A DNA stretch of 64,000 nt from Armatimonadota bacterium. Lineage in GTDB: Bacteria > Armatimonadota > UBA5829. Positions within the stretch are counted from its first letter, which is position 1. Each line of letters begins with the position of its first letter. The translations under genes and the position numbers were made by a program. Shown here one piece after another: positions 50,230-61,046 of this stretch. The notes under the pieces are model-generated. The model saw only the letters and a list, made by a program, of their open reading frames with translations, ran no database searches and was not told the DNA's origin. The DNA is taken from contig JAAYKE010000049.1 in NCBI GenBank assembly GCA_012522575.1, forward strand, positions 2,445 through 66,444. Direction: 5' to 3'.

Positions 50230-50934
50230 TCAATAATTAAATGCCAGTGCTTTTCCAAAGCCCGCGTAAGGCACCTTCACAAAGAACGCCCCGGCAGCAT
50301 AGTAGCTGACGGCATATTGCTCTATCAAAAAAGTGACCCCGGCAGGAGTGATAACGAACTCCTTGGTCAGTTTGTCGCTGTCGGCGGTCACTGTCCCATC
50401 CTGCACCCAGGTCGCGTTTTGGTTGCTCTGAAGCTGCGCATAGACCCTCTCGCCCGCCAGCTTTTTTGCGTCCACTTCGGGTTTGAACAGATCTTGCAGG
50501 GCCAGCAGTTTCGGTTTACCGTTTATAACCCCGTAGTTCCTGCCGTGGAAGTAGGTCATGCCATGTGCTCCGCCGGTATAGGTATACTCGGTGAAGTATA
50601 GGCTGATGAGGTCGGGCCGGGCGATGGATACGGCAGGCTCAAGCACATAGGAGTAACGCAACGGAATATCTTTTCCCTCAAAGTCTTTCTTCATCTGGGC
50701 AAGGTCTTTTCGAAAAGCTTGAAGCCGTTCACCGGCGAACTTCAGCAGGTCAGCGTTTGCCGTTTTTATTACCGTGTCTGAGCCGGCAAACTGCGGATAA
50801 GTTACCTTTATCTCGGCATCTCCAGTTCTTATTGAAGCTATCTTTACGCCGAGCTTCTCCTGAGCTATAGACATCTGAAGCCCGGCAAGCGTAAGCACCA
50901 TACAAACCAAAGCTGTGCTAAATATGCGCTTCAA
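50230..50934 (-). CDS. Exported RsiV/PdaC-like (DUF3298/DUF4163) protein
   Basis: Signal peptide; YPQF, YTGGAHG, LQDLF, 'YAVSYYAAG...VPY'. Confidence 0.8.
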   Translation of the reverse strand: MKRIFSTALVCMVLTLAGLQMSIAQEKLGVKIASIRTGDAEIKVTYPQFAGSDTVIKTANADLLKFAGERLQAFRKDLAQMKKDFEGKDIPLRYSYVLEPAVSIARPDLISLYFTEYTYTGGAHGMTYFHGRNYGVINGKPKLLALQDLFKPEVDAKKLAGERVYAQLQSNQNATWVQDGTVTADSDKLTKEFVITPAGVTFLIEQYAVSYYAAGAFFVKVPYAGFGKALAFNY

Positions 50935-51066
50935 GAGTGTGCCTCCTCATACATATCTTTCCAAGTAAGACCGCATGCGCGCCGTTGGATTTAGAGATAT
51001 CCGTCAAAACCCCGCCGGAACCCGACGAGGTCAATTTCGCATAGAGAACGGTTCTATTTTGATTAT

Positions 51067-51144
51067 TGGTCGGGGCGGAGAGATTTGAACTCTCGGCCTC
51101 CAGTTCCCAAAACTGGCGCGCTAACCAAGCTGCGCTACGCCCCG
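51067..51144 (-). tRNA. tRNA-Pro(TGG)
   Basis: Reverse strand CGGGGCG...CCAGT-TT-TGG-GA-ACTGG...TTCAAAT...CGCCCCG-ACCA. Confidence 0.95.
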
Positions 51145-51225
51145 ATCGACAATATTATATCACACACCACGCCCGTATAACAGGCTTGGTGACCCTCACT
51201 TTACATCATCCCAAAAGCGCGTCGA

Positions 51226-52323
51226 TTATTGAGACAACTCCAAAACCAGCAACTCCATAATCATTCGCGGATCCTCCACGTGTGCGCCCCCATCAGCCCC
51301 TTTTAGCATAGAATCGGCCCTGGCAATCGCATCGAACCCGTTTATGAGATGATCGCGCGACATAAGCGATGCCTGCGATCTGAGACGGTTTTCCTGCCAA
51401 CTCTGCCTGCTCAGGATGTCGAGCAGATTCGGAGTAGATGGCAGAAATGACAGCAACTCCTGCGGAACCGAGCCTTTTTGAAAGTATCTGACTCCGGCCT
51501 TTGAAAGCATTTTATACTGCCATATCAATCTGAACGTGCGAGCAATGTTCGCCAGCACCTTGGGAGCCTCGGATTCCGGTCGGTCGCCGGTCTCAAATAA
51601 TTCATCCAGAAATCGCATAGCCTCTCTGGGTTTTCGAGCGCCAATCGCATCCACCAGCTTGAATACCTTCTCCTCCGGAGTCTCACAGACCACCCTGGCG
51701 ACATCGGCAGCCTTGATTGCAGAGCCGTCACCGGAATAATCGATCAGCTTTTGAGCCTCAGAAGTCAACACCGAAAAATCTGCGCCTACACGCTGAATGA
51801 ATGCAGTGAGAGTCTTTTCATCGATTTTTTTGCCCGCTGCGGCAAATATAGAGGCGGCGTGTTTGCGAGCGCTGTCGGTTCGAGCACGACCCTTTTCCCC
51901 GCCAACCTTTACTACGCTGCCCACCTTGCGAATGGCCCTGGAAATATCCCCGATAACCTCATCGCCCTTTTTAATCCTGCCCCCCGTTTTGTCCGATGCA
52001 GGAGTGACCAATATCAAACACGCGCTCGAAGGCGTATCAGGTAGCTGCCGTGCAAGTTTCTTCTGTTCGGCCTCATCCATCTTATTGGCGAACTTGACCA
52101 GCACAACTCTTTTGGTAGAAGAAAACGGAGGGATGGCAAGCCCTGCCATAATGCGATCCGAAGTTGCCGAATCGCCCTCCATCTGCTCGAAGTCGAAGTC
52201 CGCGAAATCAGGCGCGACAAGATCGCCGAGCAATTTTTCAAGCTCCTGCTGTTTGCGATAATCATCGTCCCCCGCGAACAGATATGCGCGAGGCTGGTTG
52301 GCAGATTTGTCTTTCGAACTCAT
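51226..52323 (-). CDS. holA: DNA polymerase III subunit delta
   Basis: YLFAGDDDY, PPFSSTKRVVLV, EAQKLIDY, VFKLVDAI, ADSMLKG. Confidence 0.85.
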   Translation of the reverse strand: MSSKDKSANQPRAYLFAGDDDYRKQQELEKLLGDLVAPDFADFDFEQMEGDSATSDRIMAGLAIPPFSSTKRVVLVKFANKMDEAEQKKLARQLPDTPSSACLILVTPASDKTGGRIKKGDEVIGDISRAIRKVGSVVKVGGEKGRARTDSARKHAASIFAAAGKKIDEKTLTAFIQRVGADFSVLTSEAQKLIDYSGDGSAIKAADVARVVCETPEEKVFKLVDAIGARKPREAMRFLDELFETGDRPESEAPKVLANIARTFRLIWQYKMLSKAGVRYFQKGSVPQELLSFLPSTPNLLDILSRQSWQENRLRSQASLMSRDHLINGFDAIARADSMLKGADGGAHVEDPRMIMELLVLELSQ

Positions 52324-52681
52324 AGCATACGCATTATCGCACTCCAGGCCACAATTGGCAACCGTTTCCAATAACCCAGCAATTTTACCTGTTTTGGCAG
52401 GTAATAAAGGTATTTGGGGCATAGAAGGGGAATATTATAAATGTCCGACCATTTAGTGGTTGGGAATATAGGCTGCTCCTCGCGGGTAAGGCTCGCGAAG
52501 TCAGCAATCAATGGAGGATCGAATGGTCCTTTCCCTTTACCACGAACTCGCAAAAAGCGAGCGACGGACCTGAGCCAGGCGACGCGGAAAGTTCGGGGCA
52601 ACTGCGATTTCCACTAGCCTGGCTCAATCTTGTCCGGACGATAATGCAGGGTTTATCGTTATCTGCATAGAATCCCACACT

Positions 52682-53665
52682 GTGAACGAATCTATTTTTC
52701 TCGTTGAACCCCAGGATGCCGGCAAGCGGCTCGACGTGTATCTGGCGGAGCGGATTCCGGAGATTTCTCGGTCTCATATACAAAAACTCATCGCCAGAGC
52801 TTGCGTGACGGTGAACGGATCGACGGCCAGATCAGGGTATAAGATCCAAACCGGAGAAGCTCTGCGCGTGGAAATACCTCCCCCTGAACCCGCCGATATC
52901 AGCCCGGAGCAAATACCGCTGGACGTCGCCTACGAGGACGAACATATCATCGTCATCAACAAACCCAAATCCATGACCGTGCACCCTGCGCCGGGCCACA
53001 GAAGCGGCACCCTTGTCAACGCGGTGGTTGCGTATTCCGATGACCTGTCCGGGATTGGAGGCACGGAGCGGCCGGGGATCGTTCATAGACTGGATAAAAA
53101 CACCTCCGGGCTGCTGGTTGTAGCCAAGACCGATGCGGCGCATTCATCGCTGCAGGCTCAGATTCAGAGCCGAAGCGCCGAGAGAAAATATCTTGCCCTC
53201 GTCTGGGGGTCGACTAATTTCAACGAGGCCGTTGTCGATGCTCCCATAGGACGTCACCCGACCGACCGTCAAAAGCAGGCGGTGATAAAAGATACCGAAC
53301 GCTACACCGCTCGCGAGGCTATCACTCACTTAAAGGTCCTGGAAAGGTTTGACGGATTTACTTTCCTTGAGGCAAAACTCGACACCGGACGCACGCATCA
53401 GATTCGCGTCCACTGCGTATTTATCGGTCATCCGGTAGTCGGCGATCCCACCTACGGCGGCACAAAACGCGCTATGCCATCATCCTATGGAAAGCTTGAT
53501 GCGCCCGATCTATTGCAACTTATAGAAGCTCTGCAAGGGCAGGCTCTGCATGCATATTCCCTGTCGTTTGATCATCCCGCAACCGGCAAGCGATTGAGCT
53601 TTGAAGTTCCGATGCCATCGGATACAGCGGCGTTGGTCGATTGGCTGAGGAATTGGACCCAATAA
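52682..53665 (+). CDS. rluD: RluA/RluD-family pseudouridine synthase
   Basis: S4 domain RLDVYL, GIVHRLDKNTSG, TGRTHQIRVH, GDPTYG. Confidence 0.92.
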   Translation: MNESIFLVEPQDAGKRLDVYLAERIPEISRSHIQKLIARACVTVNGSTARSGYKIQTGEALRVEIPPPEPADISPEQIPLDVAYEDEHIIVINKPKSMTVHPAPGHRSGTLVNAVVAYSDDLSGIGGTERPGIVHRLDKNTSGLLVVAKTDAAHSSLQAQIQSRSAERKYLALVWGSTNFNEAVVDAPIGRHPTDRQKQAVIKDTERYTAREAITHLKVLERFDGFTFLEAKLDTGRTHQIRVHCVFIGHPVVGDPTYGGTKRAMPSSYGKLDAPDLLQLIEALQGQALHAYSLSFDHPATGKRLSFEVPMPSDTAALVDWLRNWTQ

Positions 53666-53755
53666 AACAAAGATGGATGGCAATACGGTAAATGCCACCC
53701 ATCCAGGATATATGCAGAACAAATTCGCATACTATTGCATCAGGTAATCGACGTC

Positions 53756-54646
53756 CTAATCAGTAGTTGTCGGACTAGCAGAGCCGTAGTAGTATGAATT
53801 GCGATGCCACGGACACCGGCAAGGCGTATTTGCCCTATGTGTAGTTCCGCCGGCATACGTGTCGTGCAATCCTCGTATTTTTAGGATCTCTTTCTTTGGA
53901 ATCCACTTAGTGTGGCCATCTGCGAACGAACAGGTCGTGCCTTCCCAGTGAATATCGCCGGGATCGTCGAATGACGCGTAGCTCCACCACTGGAAGAACC
54001 CGTCGTTCTGGCCATTCAAGCCGGCTTTTGTGCCGCGTTTTTCGTGTATCAGGAACATAATCTGCCCGGACCGGCCTGCCGTAGCAGCCGCAAGTTTAAC
54101 GGTAAACGGCGCAGCTTGCTTGTCGCAGAGGTCCTCATTGACCGCATAGCTGACCCCGAAACCTGCCGGCAAAGTAGACGCCTGATATTCAGTCGCTCCT
54201 TTAGGCCAGGATGCCTTATCCATCCAACCTATTCTGCGGCCGCCATAATAGCAAGGAATGTTCATATCCGATGGGCAGTTGAACAAGGCTATGCCTCTGG
54301 CATATCCGCCGATAGCCAGCGATCCTTTGCGGGGGTCACAAGGCACTATGCTTGTGTCTCCGCCGGCAACTCCTCTGTCGAAGGTGGAGCCTGTCCACTC
54401 TATCGTTGCTCGACCGGTGTAGTTCGCCATTCGGCTTCTGGAGGAAACCGGCAGAAATCCGTCATTGTCATCAGCATAGCTGAACATCGCCAAAGTGAGC
54501 TGTTTGAGGTTGGAGGTGCAGGTAGCCTGTCTGCCGCGCTCTTTCGCGTTCAGGAACACAGGAAAAAGAATGGCTGCTAAGATAGCAATAATTGCAATTA
54601 CAACCAACAGCTCAATGAGTGTGAATCCTCGCTTGGTCATTATCAA
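53756..54646 (-). CDS. Prepilin-type N-terminal methylation protein with H-X9-DG motif (DUF1559-like)
   Basis: [51 protein letters not shown]. Confidence 0.9.
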   Translation of the reverse strand: MIMTKRGFTLIELLVVIAIIAILAAILFPVFLNAKERGRQATCTSNLKQLTLAMFSYADDNDGFLPVSSRSRMANYTGRATIEWTGSTFDRGVAGGDTSIVPCDPRKGSLAIGGYARGIALFNCPSDMNIPCYYGGRRIGWMDKASWPKGATEYQASTLPAGFGVSYAVNEDLCDKQAAPFTVKLAAATAGRSGQIMFLIHEKRGTKAGLNGQNDGFFQWWSYASFDDPGDIHWEGTTCSFADGHTKWIPKKEILKIRGLHDTYAGGTTHRANTPCRCPWHRNSYYYGSASPTTTD

Positions 54647-54891
54647 ACCTCATTTCAATCTAAGAAGCAGGTCTTGCGGGCGTGCGGACACGCATATGTC
54701 CATCACAGCTTAAGTATCGCATGCCGCTGATTGAATGTCAACATATAATTACCTGCTTTTCAATGCACGCTGACTTGATATCGTGATCCGGGTTAATTAT
54801 GACCCGTGAATGGGGTATGTATACTCCTGAGCCTGTATTCACCGGGCGTGCGATACCTAGTTTTCGCCCAATAAAAGATGGAGGACTATGA

Positions 54892-55206
54892 ATGGAGAGA
54901 ATCAAACACCTCAACGATCAAATCGAGTTTCCCAAAGAAGGCATTCTGAGCAAGACCGTATTTGAAGATGCTTGCGGAGAAGCGGACCTTTTTATGCTTC
55001 CAAAAGGAGCGAAAATATCGACGCACACCTCGTCACGCCCTGCCGCTATTATCGTTTTGCAGGGAGAAGCCGAGTTTGTGCTCGGAGATGAGCCATATAA
55101 CGTGAAGGCCGGGGACTGGTTTTTTATGGAGGCCGAGCTTCCGCACTCGCTGGCTGCAATCGAGGACTTTGCTTTTCTGCTGACCCTTTTCGGAAGCAGC
55201 GACTGA
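54892..55206 (+). CDS. Cupin domain protein
   Basis: HTS...VLQGE...GD...PHSL cupin motifs; GGAGG RBS. Confidence 0.85.
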   Translation: MERIKHLNDQIEFPKEGILSKTVFEDACGEADLFMLPKGAKISTHTSSRPAAIIVLQGEAEFVLGDEPYNVKAGDWFFMEAELPHSLAAIEDFAFLLTLFGSSD

Positions 55207-55219
55207 GCTATCACAAATA

Positions 55220-55253
55220 AACGAGGCGGCGATGAATCCCATGCCGCCTCGTT
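55220..55253. terminator. Putative bidirectional terminator hairpin
   Basis: AACGAGGCGGC...GCCGCCTCGTT perfect 11-bp stem between convergent genes. Confidence 0.65.
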
Positions 55254-55273
55254 GAAATCACACTACCCTGAGA

Positions 55274-57010
55274 TCAATTTCCCTCTGCTATCTCCGCCTG
55301 CTCACTTTCGAACTGAGGCGGGCAGTTGGGCAACTCAAATATGAATGATGAGCCTTGGCCTTCCTCGCTTTCGACCCATATTTTGCCGCCGTGCGCCTCG
55401 ACGAGGTGTTTGACCAGATAAAGCCCGATTCCGGTTCCCCCTACCTTGCGGGTGTCACGGTTGTCGATGCGATGGAATCGGTCGAAGAGTTTTTCGATAT
55501 GCTCTTTAGGGATACCCATGCCCTGGTCGCTGACCGATATCCTGACTACTCCATCCTCCGGCTTGCCGGTGACGGTGATTATGCCGCCCTTGGGCGAGTA
55601 TTTTACGGCGTTGTTTGTCAGGTTGGTCAGTATCTGATCCACCTTGTCGTTATCGGCCACGATCGTCGGCAGGTTCGGGTCGAGGTCAATTTCAAATTCG
55701 TGCTTGTTGGTATATGACTTCTGCGCGGCGACGACTTTTTCGACCACCTCAGACAGATTGACCTGTCCCGGATTGAGATCCAGCGCCCTGCCCGCCTCGA
55801 TTCTCGACACGTTGAGCAAATCGCTTATCAGTCGCGTCAGCCTGTCGCATTCCTGATCGATAATAGTATAGAACTCGTGCACCGTATCGGCATCGTAGAA
55901 GCCGTCGACATCCTGCAGCAGGGTAGAGATGAAGCCTTTAATCGAGGTGAGCGGGGTGCGCAGTTCGTGTGATACCGTGGATACAAATGCGGTCTTCATT
56001 CGCTCGATGCTTCGTATTTCCGTGATGTCGTTGAAGATCGCAACAACGCCGATCACGCTCTGATCTTCTCCTCGAACAAGGGCGGTCTGAACCTGGTAGA
56101 TGCGCTCATTTTCGTCATCTCCGGGAACGGTCATTGAGATTTCTTCTTCGAGTTCGTCGGTTTCCTCCAGGGCTTTATTTATCAGCGCCTGGACTGCTTC
56201 ATTTTTGACGATTGATACATAGTCACCGGTGAGCCGCTCCCCTTGATCGACACCGAACATTGTGCGCGCAGAGGAGTTCATCTGCATAACTCTGCCGTTT
56301 TGGTGAACCATCACGATGCCGGCATATACGCTTTCAATAACGTGTTCGAGTTCTTCCTTTTCTTCGATGATCTCGCGATACATCTTCGCGCTCGCGACCA
56401 CCGAAGCTAGGTTATGGGCATATCTGCTGAGCAGATTGACGTCTTCCTGCACAAACACATTGCCGAGTCGCTGGTTGAAAACCCACAGCACCCCGATGAC
56501 TCTACGTTCGAGGACTTTGTTGGTATCCTCATCACGCTTTTCTACTATGAGCGGCACGCAGACTCCGTTGGTGATCTTCAGCAGGGCGACGTTTTCGCGT
56601 ATGGTGCGGGGATCGTTCAGCGCGTCGTAGAGTATGATCGGCTTCTGGTCGCGAAACACTTCACCGGAAATGCCTGCGGTTACGGGAACTCTGAACGCCT
56701 TTATCTCGGCATCGTTGAAGCCCAGGGCGGGCTTTGCCGCAACGAGGTCTCCATCGTCCTCATCATAGAGCATAAATACGCACTTCTCTCCCTGGAGAAG
56801 CATACTCGTGCGCACCATAAGGCGCTTGATCATTTCCTCGAGTTCGGAAAGCGAAGTCGCGCCAGGACCCTGTGACTCCGACTCCTTTATGCGCTCCTCA
56901 AGCCGTTTATTGGCCTGCTCCAGAGCAGAAACGGCCATTTCCTTTTCTGACAGGAGCTTTTCGAGTTCTGCAACTCTAATGTTAAGGGACTTGGGATCGG
57001 CGTCCAACAT
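55274..57010 (-). CDS. Soluble GAF-PAS sensor histidine kinase
   Basis: Coiled-coil N-terminus, GAF, PAS, SHELRTPLTSI, NAVKYS, DQGMGI, GGTGIGL; no TM. Confidence 0.93.
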   Translation of the reverse strand: MLDADPKSLNIRVAELEKLLSEKEMAVSALEQANKRLEERIKESESQGPGATSLSELEEMIKRLMVRTSMLLQGEKCVFMLYDEDDGDLVAAKPALGFNDAEIKAFRVPVTAGISGEVFRDQKPIILYDALNDPRTIRENVALLKITNGVCVPLIVEKRDEDTNKVLERRVIGVLWVFNQRLGNVFVQEDVNLLSRYAHNLASVVASAKMYREIIEEKEELEHVIESVYAGIVMVHQNGRVMQMNSSARTMFGVDQGERLTGDYVSIVKNEAVQALINKALEETDELEEEISMTVPGDDENERIYQVQTALVRGEDQSVIGVVAIFNDITEIRSIERMKTAFVSTVSHELRTPLTSIKGFISTLLQDVDGFYDADTVHEFYTIIDQECDRLTRLISDLLNVSRIEAGRALDLNPGQVNLSEVVEKVVAAQKSYTNKHEFEIDLDPNLPTIVADNDKVDQILTNLTNNAVKYSPKGGIITVTGKPEDGVVRISVSDQGMGIPKEHIEKLFDRFHRIDNRDTRKVGGTGIGLYLVKHLVEAHGGKIWVESEEGQGSSFIFELPNCPPQFESEQAEIAEGN

Positions 57011-57299
57011 ATTACCTCGCTTAAATCATCCCGACGACTAAATAAAACGGCGCTCTCGCGCCTACGCCGGAAGCTAAAAACAAACCCATAAGGGCCGGTT
57101 TCACCAATCGAATTATATCACGGAGCAATCTCATGGTCAAACTGATCGACAACCCGAAAAGACATCGAGCGTAAGCCGCAATTTCTGACCTATTGCTACC
57201 AAATCGCACAAAACAGCAGCTATCTCCCCATATCAGCAGCTTTAGCCTAAATCTTCAGCCTGCACTCACGCAATTAACGTAATTTGCCGATACTAATGC

Positions 57300-59222
57300 A
57301 TGACAGTTATTGGAGATGGAGATATGGAGGAAAATATGATCATTCGGCCCCAGGGAGCGACCGACCAGCACGTGCCCTACGCTGCAGGGCGTTTCACAGA
57401 CGGGGACGCGTTCGCTATTAACCAGATAGGAGCGGCAAGTCCGTTCGGCGGGCTGTTGTGCAGCATAGGCTCGGACTACTCCGTGGACCTTATGCCCGAC
57501 GGCTCAGGGTGCAGCCAGTTTGCCGGCAGGGAGTTGACCCACTCATCACGCCTGAGCAAAGCCTGGTATATTCGCGACAAGGAAAGCGGCGAACAATGGA
57601 GTATTTTCTTCAGTCCTATGGGCAAGCGCAGTGACGAATATGAGGTGACTTTCGAGCCGGGACAGGCAAGCGTCTACGCTCTGAAACATAAGATAGCATC
57701 TACATTGACCATCGCCACCGTGCCTAATATGCCCTGTGAAGTGTGGCATTTAGTTCTCGAAAATCGCTCGGCGACGACCCGAACCCTTGAGTTTACGACC
57801 TATATAGAACCTCGTGCTGATTCGTTGATGGAGGCGGCCTTTCATCCAAACGATAACGTGCTGCTGATGCGGCGTCCTCTCAGCGCAGTAGATGTCATTC
57901 ATGACGAGGGACTGGTCAACGATCTGGTGCTGTTCCATTCCTGCACTCTGGCTCCGGTTCGGATGGCCATAGAAAAGAACGAATTTATCGGGGACGGCCG
58001 CAGTCTGGCCAACCCCATTCATATTGAAGACAATAACAAAAACTCTGAAAACGGAAACGTGCGCAAGCTGATAGCCGCGTTGACAATAGAGGTCGAACTG
58101 CCGGTAGAGGGCGCGGCTGAGTGCGGTTTCAGCTTCGGAGTAGCTCCAAATCCGGAATCTGCAATGCGCGTCGCTCGCAACCTGAATAAATCGGAGGCTG
58201 TCCGAGAGGCGATACAATTATCCCGGCAATGCTGGAGAGACCTGTCCGCCACGGTGCAGGTAAGCACCTCGGATCGTGTTTTCGATGCGCTGGTAAATAC
58301 GTGGCTGCCTTATGAGACCTATTCAGGCTGGATTCGACAGCGTAACTCTCCGGGCAACCTCGACCCGTCACAGGTAGCCGACATTTTGCGGTGTCTGCAT
58401 TCATTATCGGCAACCGCCGCACACATCATACGCCCTGCTCTATTGAGCTTTGCGGCGGGACTGTCTTTGCTGGGGTCCTATTCCCCGGACGAACGATCCA
58501 TAGTCAGCATACCGCCAACCGAACTTCTCTGGCTGGTAATCGGCACTGCAAGATATGTCGCCGAGACAGGGGACAGCAGCATTCTCGCCGAAAGCATTGC
58601 ACTTCGTGACGGCCCTGCAATGCCGCTTTACGAACACTGTGAGCGCATCATCAGGATGGCTCTGGACACCAAGGCCGCTGATTCAAACTTCGGCGATGAC
58701 AGATTGCTTGCCGAGACGATTCGGTCGTGGTCGCTGATCCAGGCGGGAGCTGCCGACCCTGCGAAAATGCTTGAGACTCTGCAGCGCAGGAATCTGGACA
58801 GGGAAGACGTCTCCGAACGACGCTCACTGCCAAGGCGAATAAAGTATCTTCAATCGATCACCCCTGCGCTGGCGGATAAAGTGATCATCGACGATCTGAT
58901 CGACTTTCTTGGCAGCGACCATCTCGGAACCGGGGATGTAGATGCCCTTAACGCGCTATATAGCGTGCTCGTTGAGTGGACACTCGGCCTGAGCGCCACC
59001 AGAGAAGGGCTGCTGTTGCATCCAAGGCTGCCGGATTCGTGGATAGAATGCGAAATCGAGCGCATTTTCCGCGGCGATACATATAAAATCGTAATGCGTC
59101 GCAACATAGTGGAGCCGGGCTGCGGGTCTTCTATGATCGTGGACGGGGAGCCGGTGCTGGGATATATGCTGCCGTTTTTTGGCGATGGCGGCGTCCATAA
59201 TGTCGAGGTCACGGTTGGCTAA
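57300..59222 (+). CDS. Divergent GH94-like protein lacking the catalytic motif
   Basis: N- and C-terminal regions align by eye with the 17027 GH94; no RD..QD or WND motif; about 175 aa shorter. Confidence 0.65.
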   Translation: MTVIGDGDMEENMIIRPQGATDQHVPYAAGRFTDGDAFAINQIGAASPFGGLLCSIGSDYSVDLMPDGSGCSQFAGRELTHSSRLSKAWYIRDKESGEQWSIFFSPMGKRSDEYEVTFEPGQASVYALKHKIASTLTIATVPNMPCEVWHLVLENRSATTRTLEFTTYIEPRADSLMEAAFHPNDNVLLMRRPLSAVDVIHDEGLVNDLVLFHSCTLAPVRMAIEKNEFIGDGRSLANPIHIEDNNKNSENGNVRKLIAALTIEVELPVEGAAECGFSFGVAPNPESAMRVARNLNKSEAVREAIQLSRQCWRDLSATVQVSTSDRVFDALVNTWLPYETYSGWIRQRNSPGNLDPSQVADILRCLHSLSATAAHIIRPALLSFAAGLSLLGSYSPDERSIVSIPPTELLWLVIGTARYVAETGDSSILAESIALRDGPAMPLYEHCERIIRMALDTKAADSNFGDDRLLAETIRSWSLIQAGAADPAKMLETLQRRNLDREDVSERRSLPRRIKYLQSITPALADKVIIDDLIDFLGSDHLGTGDVDALNALYSVLVEWTLGLSATREGLLLHPRLPDSWIECEIERIFRGDTYKIVMRRNIVEPGCGSSMIVDGEPVLGYMLPFFGDGGVHNVEVTVG

Positions 59223-59229
59223 GGTTAAA

Positions 59230-59508
59230 TCAGCCGCCAATTCGCGCCCGAACCTCAGCGTCGGACAGCCCGATGATTCTGAGGGTCTTTTCTCGACTTT
59301 TATCCCCGGAGACAAGCTCGACCTGGGACTTACGCACGCCGAGCTTATCGGCGACGAATTTGACGATAGCAGCATTGGCAGCGCCTTCGACGGGGGGTGC
59401 GGTGATCTTGATGCACAGAGCATCTCCGCGCCACCCGGTTACCTCGTTTCGGGAACCGCGGGGGATAACGTGCAGCTTAAGAAGAGCTTTGGGGAGTTGC
59501 GCTACCAT
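59230..59508 (-). CDS. DUF167 (YggU/UPF0235) protein
   Basis: VIPR...APPVEGAAN...GDKSREK. Confidence 0.9.
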   Translation of the reverse strand: MVAQLPKALLKLHVIPRGSRNEVTGWRGDALCIKITAPPVEGAANAAIVKFVADKLGVRKSQVELVSGDKSREKTLRIIGLSDAEVRARIGG

Positions 59509-59891
59509 CTGATCAGGCGCTCGTGGGCTTTGTCGATGTTAAGTATTGGCCGGCGCGCCTGAAAATCGATGAACAGATCGCCCTGATAGGTAAGCACGCC
59601 ATCGGCGCCACCCTCCGTCCAATCCCATACCTCGTCCGGCACGTCGTATTCTCGCTCAACGCCGTCCTCGCATTCGAAGACTATCAGTTTTCTGATCGTC
59701 TCAGTCTGCCAGCTTAGGGAGTGGAACCCCTGCTCCCCTATTTTTCTCTTGATGACGGCGTTGACACTGGTCTTAGCCTGGCGTTTGCTCTTGAAATACG
59801 GCCCAAGGCCCCTTCTGATGATGTAAAACAATACTCCCCACATCGCGATGACGTAGATCGAGAGGAGTATGACTATCAGCCATCTAACCAT
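59502..59891 (-). CDS. DUF2500-like membrane protein
   Basis: N-terminal TM; 'FECEDG.ERE...GVLTYQG' pattern. Confidence 0.65.
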   Translation of the reverse strand: MVRWLIVILLSIYVIAMWGVLFYIIRRGLGPYFKSKRQAKTSVNAVIKRKIGEQGFHSLSWQTETIRKLIVFECEDGVEREYDVPDEVWDWTEGGADGVLTYQGDLFIDFQARRPILNIDKAHERLIRW

Positions 59892-60969
59892 CTATGTTTA
59901 CACCCATAATTTTGTATCCGTTAGCGGGCAATTCAATTTCGACTCCGGCGGGTGACGCAGCATCAATTTTGGCTCCGCTCTCCATATTCGTCCAGTCAGA
60001 CAGTGCAATTTGGCCGGAAGAGGCGAACAGCGGGTCGGTTAGAGGCAATTTTACCTTCGCATCAGCATCGGATGGGTTGAAAATAAATATGAACCCTTTT
60101 CCATCGACTGCCCGCGCCTCCATATCGATTCCTGCAGAGTTATCATAGGGCAGATTTCGGCACACAGCGAAATAATTTGCAAATCTTTTCTGCAGCGCGG
60201 CCAATTTAGAATCTCTGGCCAGCGCCGGGAACCTTGTATCCATCAACATCCGCCTGTATGCCGCGAACATCTCTTCCGGTTTGCCCGATACTGCTCCGAG
60301 AGTGAATCTTGCGGTCTGGTATCCTTTTTCGACGGGCACATCTACGGTTTCATAGACGGTCAAGCTTTGATTTCTACCGGGCGTTATCGTTTTCGACGGC
60401 AAATCCCAGCACAGACCCCTGTTGGTTTTTGGATCGATAAGCGCAAAACTTGACTTTGTTTCGTTGACAAATTCGAGGCCGTCTGGGGCGATCGGAACCG
60501 CGGTGTTCTTGATGCGGATTGATTCTATGGTGATGCGTTTTAATACCGCGTCCTTGGCTTTGTTGCACGGCAAAATTACGATGGATTTCTGCTGAAATGA
60601 ACCGCGCTCCTCGCGGAAGTAGTCGATATACATTCGCAGAGGCAGATCGGAACGGCGGCAGTTAAGCTCGATGCTGGTGCATATTTCCCGATCCTTGGTG
60701 ACCGTGTTGGCGCCTTTTATATTGAAATCTGAAGGAACCAGCGTTATGGCTTCATCTTTATAATCGAGATCGATCATAAACTCCACGCTCGGCTGGGCAA
60801 GCATCTCGGATCCGGCGACCACGATTTCCGTCGTTTTGATTATATTGTTTACGTAGGACAAGGTGCGCGAGAACCCGAGGTTTGTGATCTTGATATGCTC
60901 GACTTTTGCCGCATCCGCGCCAGTGGAGATCGCTATAAGCAACCCTATCGCAATATATATCACCCGCAT
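59884..60969 (-). CDS. Exported hypothetical protein
   Basis: Signal peptide, AGGAGG RBS, overlapping operon junctions; no family recognised. Confidence 0.7.
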   Translation of the reverse strand: MRVIYIAIGLLIAISTGADAAKVEHIKITNLGFSRTLSYVNNIIKTTEIVVAGSEMLAQPSVEFMIDLDYKDEAITLVPSDFNIKGANTVTKDREICTSIELNCRRSDLPLRMYIDYFREERGSFQQKSIVILPCNKAKDAVLKRITIESIRIKNTAVPIAPDGLEFVNETKSSFALIDPKTNRGLCWDLPSKTITPGRNQSLTVYETVDVPVEKGYQTARFTLGAVSGKPEEMFAAYRRMLMDTRFPALARDSKLAALQKRFANYFAVCRNLPYDNSAGIDMEARAVDGKGFIFIFNPSDADAKVKLPLTDPLFASSGQIALSDWTNMESGAKIDAASPAGVEIELPANGYKIMGVNIDG

Positions 60970-61046
60970 TTCATACCTCCTGACTTATGGTATCACACGC
61001 CCTGCTTCCCGGCAATTGTTCTTATGCTTTGCCTGCTATCCGGCAG

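Noticed and set aside
40524..51144. Prophage or integrative element at tRNA-Pro
   Set aside because: No integrase, no phage genes and no duplicated tRNA 3' end found on the lgt side
52540..52630. Cyclic-di-GMP-I riboswitch
   Set aside because: Only loose resemblance; GNRA loop and GCAAAC/GACGCAAAG consensus are not met
53756..54646. Prepilin/H-X9-DG protein as a novel system
   Set aside because: Belongs to a known, highly expanded family in PVC bacteria and Armatimonadota; single copy with no special context
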